From Bilabrum cf. latius (lineage: Eukaryota), in contig OZ237754.1 of the NCBI GenBank assembly GCA_965178125.1, forward strand, positions 248,001 to 312,000: a stretch of 64,000 nucleotides of DNA, read 5' to 3'. The first letter of the stretch is position 1; each line of letters opens with the position of its first letter. A program made the translations under genes and the position numbers. Of the stretch, positions 61,401-64,000 are shown in pieces. The notes beneath the pieces were generated by a model. It was not told where the DNA came from. It saw only the letters and a program-made list of their open reading frames with translations, and did no database searches.

Positions 61401-62894
61401 TCGCGCACCACTGCCAGCAGCCGAGGGCAGAGATTGCGAAGCGCCGCTCAGCGGACCAGACGCTTGCAAGCCGCCCATGGCCACCCCCCCAACATGCTTC
61501 ATACTATTAATCGACTGGCCCACATCATGCCGCCGTGGCCCATCGGCGCTGGCAGGCCAGGAGAGTGCAGCCAGGGCCAGTTGCGCATCCGGCTCGCAGA
61601 TGCACAGGCAGTCGACGAGGTTGACTCCTGCCTCCCTCAGTCGCTCCTGCACTTCCTTCGGAGATGACTTTCGCTGGAGCGCACCACTGCGCAGCCCAAG
61701 AGCGGTGCTTACTCGGGCCGCGGGGCCAGCCTTTGCGGGCAGGCCCTCACTGACCCACGCGTGCTACAGCTGGATCACCAGCCCCAGGAAACTGCCGGTC
61801 ACCTCACCAAGGAGAATCGCAGGCTCGCGGTCCCCGTCTGTCTACGGTGGGGGCATCTCACCGGCGGAGCCTAGGCCCTGGGCGTTAATGTCAAACCCGG
61901 GCTGCCTTCCCTCGGCGGCAGGGGCTGCAGCAGGGGAGGCGAGAACTTGGGTCACCGGGGTCGATCCTACCCCTGTGCGCCTCTCCTTCATCGATTCGGC
62001 TTGCTGAACCAAGCGGGTGTACACGCCAAACCGATTTAAAAATGCCTGTCTTCTCTGGTATTCGATCGCCCAGACGAGGAGGCAGGCACCGATAGTACCT
62101 ACGACAAGCCACTGCCACAAGAAATCAACTACTCGCCTGCCAAGCAAGCACTCAAACAAGACAACCATGGCGCTGTCAAAGACGCAAAACACCATGGACA
62201 GCTCCGTTCCCATGGAGCCAAGGCTGATTGCGGCCAATTTGAGGACCGAATTCGTGCCTATCGCAAAATTCCTCTCTGCAGATGTCGTCAGCTGGACTGA
62301 ACGCATGTTTTGAGCTGCCGACAAGCAGCACCAGCACACGAGCTCCAGTACAGACCGTGCTCCCATTTGCATCTTCAATCTGTACGTGTGTAGCAACAAC
62401 ATGAGCAGCAGAGACACGATGAGAATAACTCGCAGCGATATTGCTATTGCAACGTCTTCGGCGGTGGGCAGCGAGGCGTCCACTGCAGTCGATACCAGAT
62501 AAAACGAGCAGACAAACAGGCCCATTACAATAGTCCAGAACACTCGAGGTGCATCTGATTGGAGCGATGCAACCCTGTAGGCGACCTCTGTAGGAAGAGG
62601 GTCCAGTCGGCTGAAACTTGCGTGAGGCCACACTGCCCAGGCTGAGGTCGAGGAGCTGGAAGCCAGCCCCCATAAAGTATTTGCTGAAGCGTTTGTTTGG
62701 TGATCTATTCCATGGAATGCATGGCACCGGCATTGCCTGCTTGCTTGCGCTGGGTTCATCGACGAAGTTCCCAACAGCGCCAGCACAAGCCATTCAAACA
62801 CCGTCTCGTGATGAACCTCCACAGCGGCCTCGCCTGGTAGCCATCTCGCAAATAAAGCCTTGAAGTATCGCGTCAGTCGCCGGTAACGACACAT
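58467..62894 (-). CDS. Uncharacterised multi-pass membrane protein (N-terminal TM bundle, Cys-rich segment, long low-complexity tail); ~1475 aa with TAG=Gln
   Basis: Track ORFs ending at 61842, 61125, 59565 and 58809 share one frame joined by 8 TAGs. Several hydrophobic helices at ~62050-62800. Ends at TGA 58467-58469. Start chosen to avoid overlap with the divergent gene. Confidence 0.65.
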
Positions 62895-63024
62895 GGCAGC
62901 GCCAATCGTGGCGAATGTATTGGCGATTCGGGGCGCAAAATGTTGCGACCAACTCGATGACTTGCCGATCGCGCGGCAATAAATGCTCGCTTCGCGCTTG
63001 CACTGCCGCACCCTCTTTCCTATA

Positions 63025-64000
63025 ATGGAACCTCTCATTGCCGGTACGATTGAAAAAGTTACCACTGGTTATGTAGTTGAAAGCGCAAAGAATGCTGCTG
63101 CGAAGGCAGCTCGAGACTGGGGTGATGCTCAGCAAGAAGGGAGCAGGTTGGAGCAAGGCATCTTGAAATCGATGCAGTCTTTGTCTAAGCACCTTAAAGT
63201 CATAGCGGAAGTCAAGGCTCACGTGAAAGGTCAAATTGAGCAGAATAGATAGCTCGCCAAGCGGTTAAATTATCTCCGAGAGGCAGAAATGGAAGCTGCA
63301 GCAGCCGCGAGCGCTGCAAACGAGCAGCTGCGCTCAGTCAACCGAAAAGCAGAGCTGATGCGCAGAAAAGCAGATGAGATGGAAAAGCATATTCTATTAC
63401 AACAGCAAGACGCTGCTCGGGCTGACCAAGATGTACGGCTCGCCGAGCAGGAGGTCCTCAGGCAGCAATCGCGCTCGCACCAGGTGCAAGAACTTTGGCG
63501 ATCTCAAGGCCGTGCTGTAGCGACTCCCAAGCAGACACCCCCGCCAGTGATTTCTCAACACGATGTGTGGACTAGCCGTGTTTGGTCCAATTCCAGCAGC
63601 ATATAGAGCCGCGTCTCGGTTGCCGATGCTCGCTCGGTTGGCTACAACCCCGAGGCTGCTACTGCAGCTGGTCTAGCCACAACCCCTCGCAAGGCAGCCC
63701 ATAGGCCGGAACCCCGGAGGCATCTCGATCAAATCGGACAGAAAAGGCCGCATACTGCCATACAAGGGCGGTACAAATCGGTGCTCGGCGCGATCACCAG
63801 CAGTCCTGGTGCAGTGAAGCTCAGCCCGCAAGCCGAGCCTGCTTTGCGTGGAAGGTAGGGGCTTGGCGTAGAACCGCCGAAGCAAACAAGCACAAACAAT
63901 ACGGGGCGCATGTACTCCAGGCAGGGAGGAGGCAGCCGTCGCACGCGGGCCCGGCGCTCCGATGCCAGCTCCAGCGTCGAGAGCGCCGCGTCGTCTCAGT
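63025..64000 (+). CDS. Coiled-coil protein, 3' partial
   Basis: ATG 63025, heptad-like A/E/Q/R/K-rich sequence. Frame stays open to the window end across TAGs at 63250, 63604 and 63856. Confidence 0.65.

Noticed and set aside
132-64000. Cluster of pseudogenes with premature stops
   Set aside because: Interruptions are exclusively TAG, with no frameshifts, TAA or TGA over tens of kb. Catalytic motifs are intact and some TAGs are shared between paralogues.
1-64000. Specific taxonomic assignment (for example a bicosoecid-like heterotrophic stramenopile)
   Set aside because: Gene style is suggestive, but no marker gene is present and no search could be run.

Overview
Gene-dense, intron-poor, GC-rich eukaryotic (protist) nuclear DNA. 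The standard-code ORF track is misleading. Once TAG is read as a sense codon, the fragments join into 14 long genes that tile nearly the whole window. By hand count there are about 110 in-frame TAGs and no in-frame TAA or TGA in the gene models, and the 13 complete genes end in TGA (11) or TAA (2). Conserved-motif and paralogue positions point to UAG=Gln with UAA and UGA kept as stops, a rare nuclear code that splits UAG from UAA. Genes recovered: a Ki-67-like FHA/RVxF/tandem-repeat/SAP protein; a secreted PAN/Apple plus glycosidase-like protein; two inverted ~4,300-aa IPT/TIG-repeat multi-pass receptors sharing patchy near-identical tracts; an LRR-like protein; an SPX-AstE/AspA (M14) fusion; an Rh-type ammonium transporter; a protein with a short repeated helix; a bacterial-type chorismate mutase-prephenate dehydratase; a mitochondrial carrier; a PKG-like kinase; an AMP-dependent ligase; a multi-pass membrane protein; and a partial coiled-coil gene. 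No rRNA, tRNA, CRISPR array or transposon was recognised. The taxon cannot be established from the sequence alone. All counts and family calls were made by eye, without database searches.
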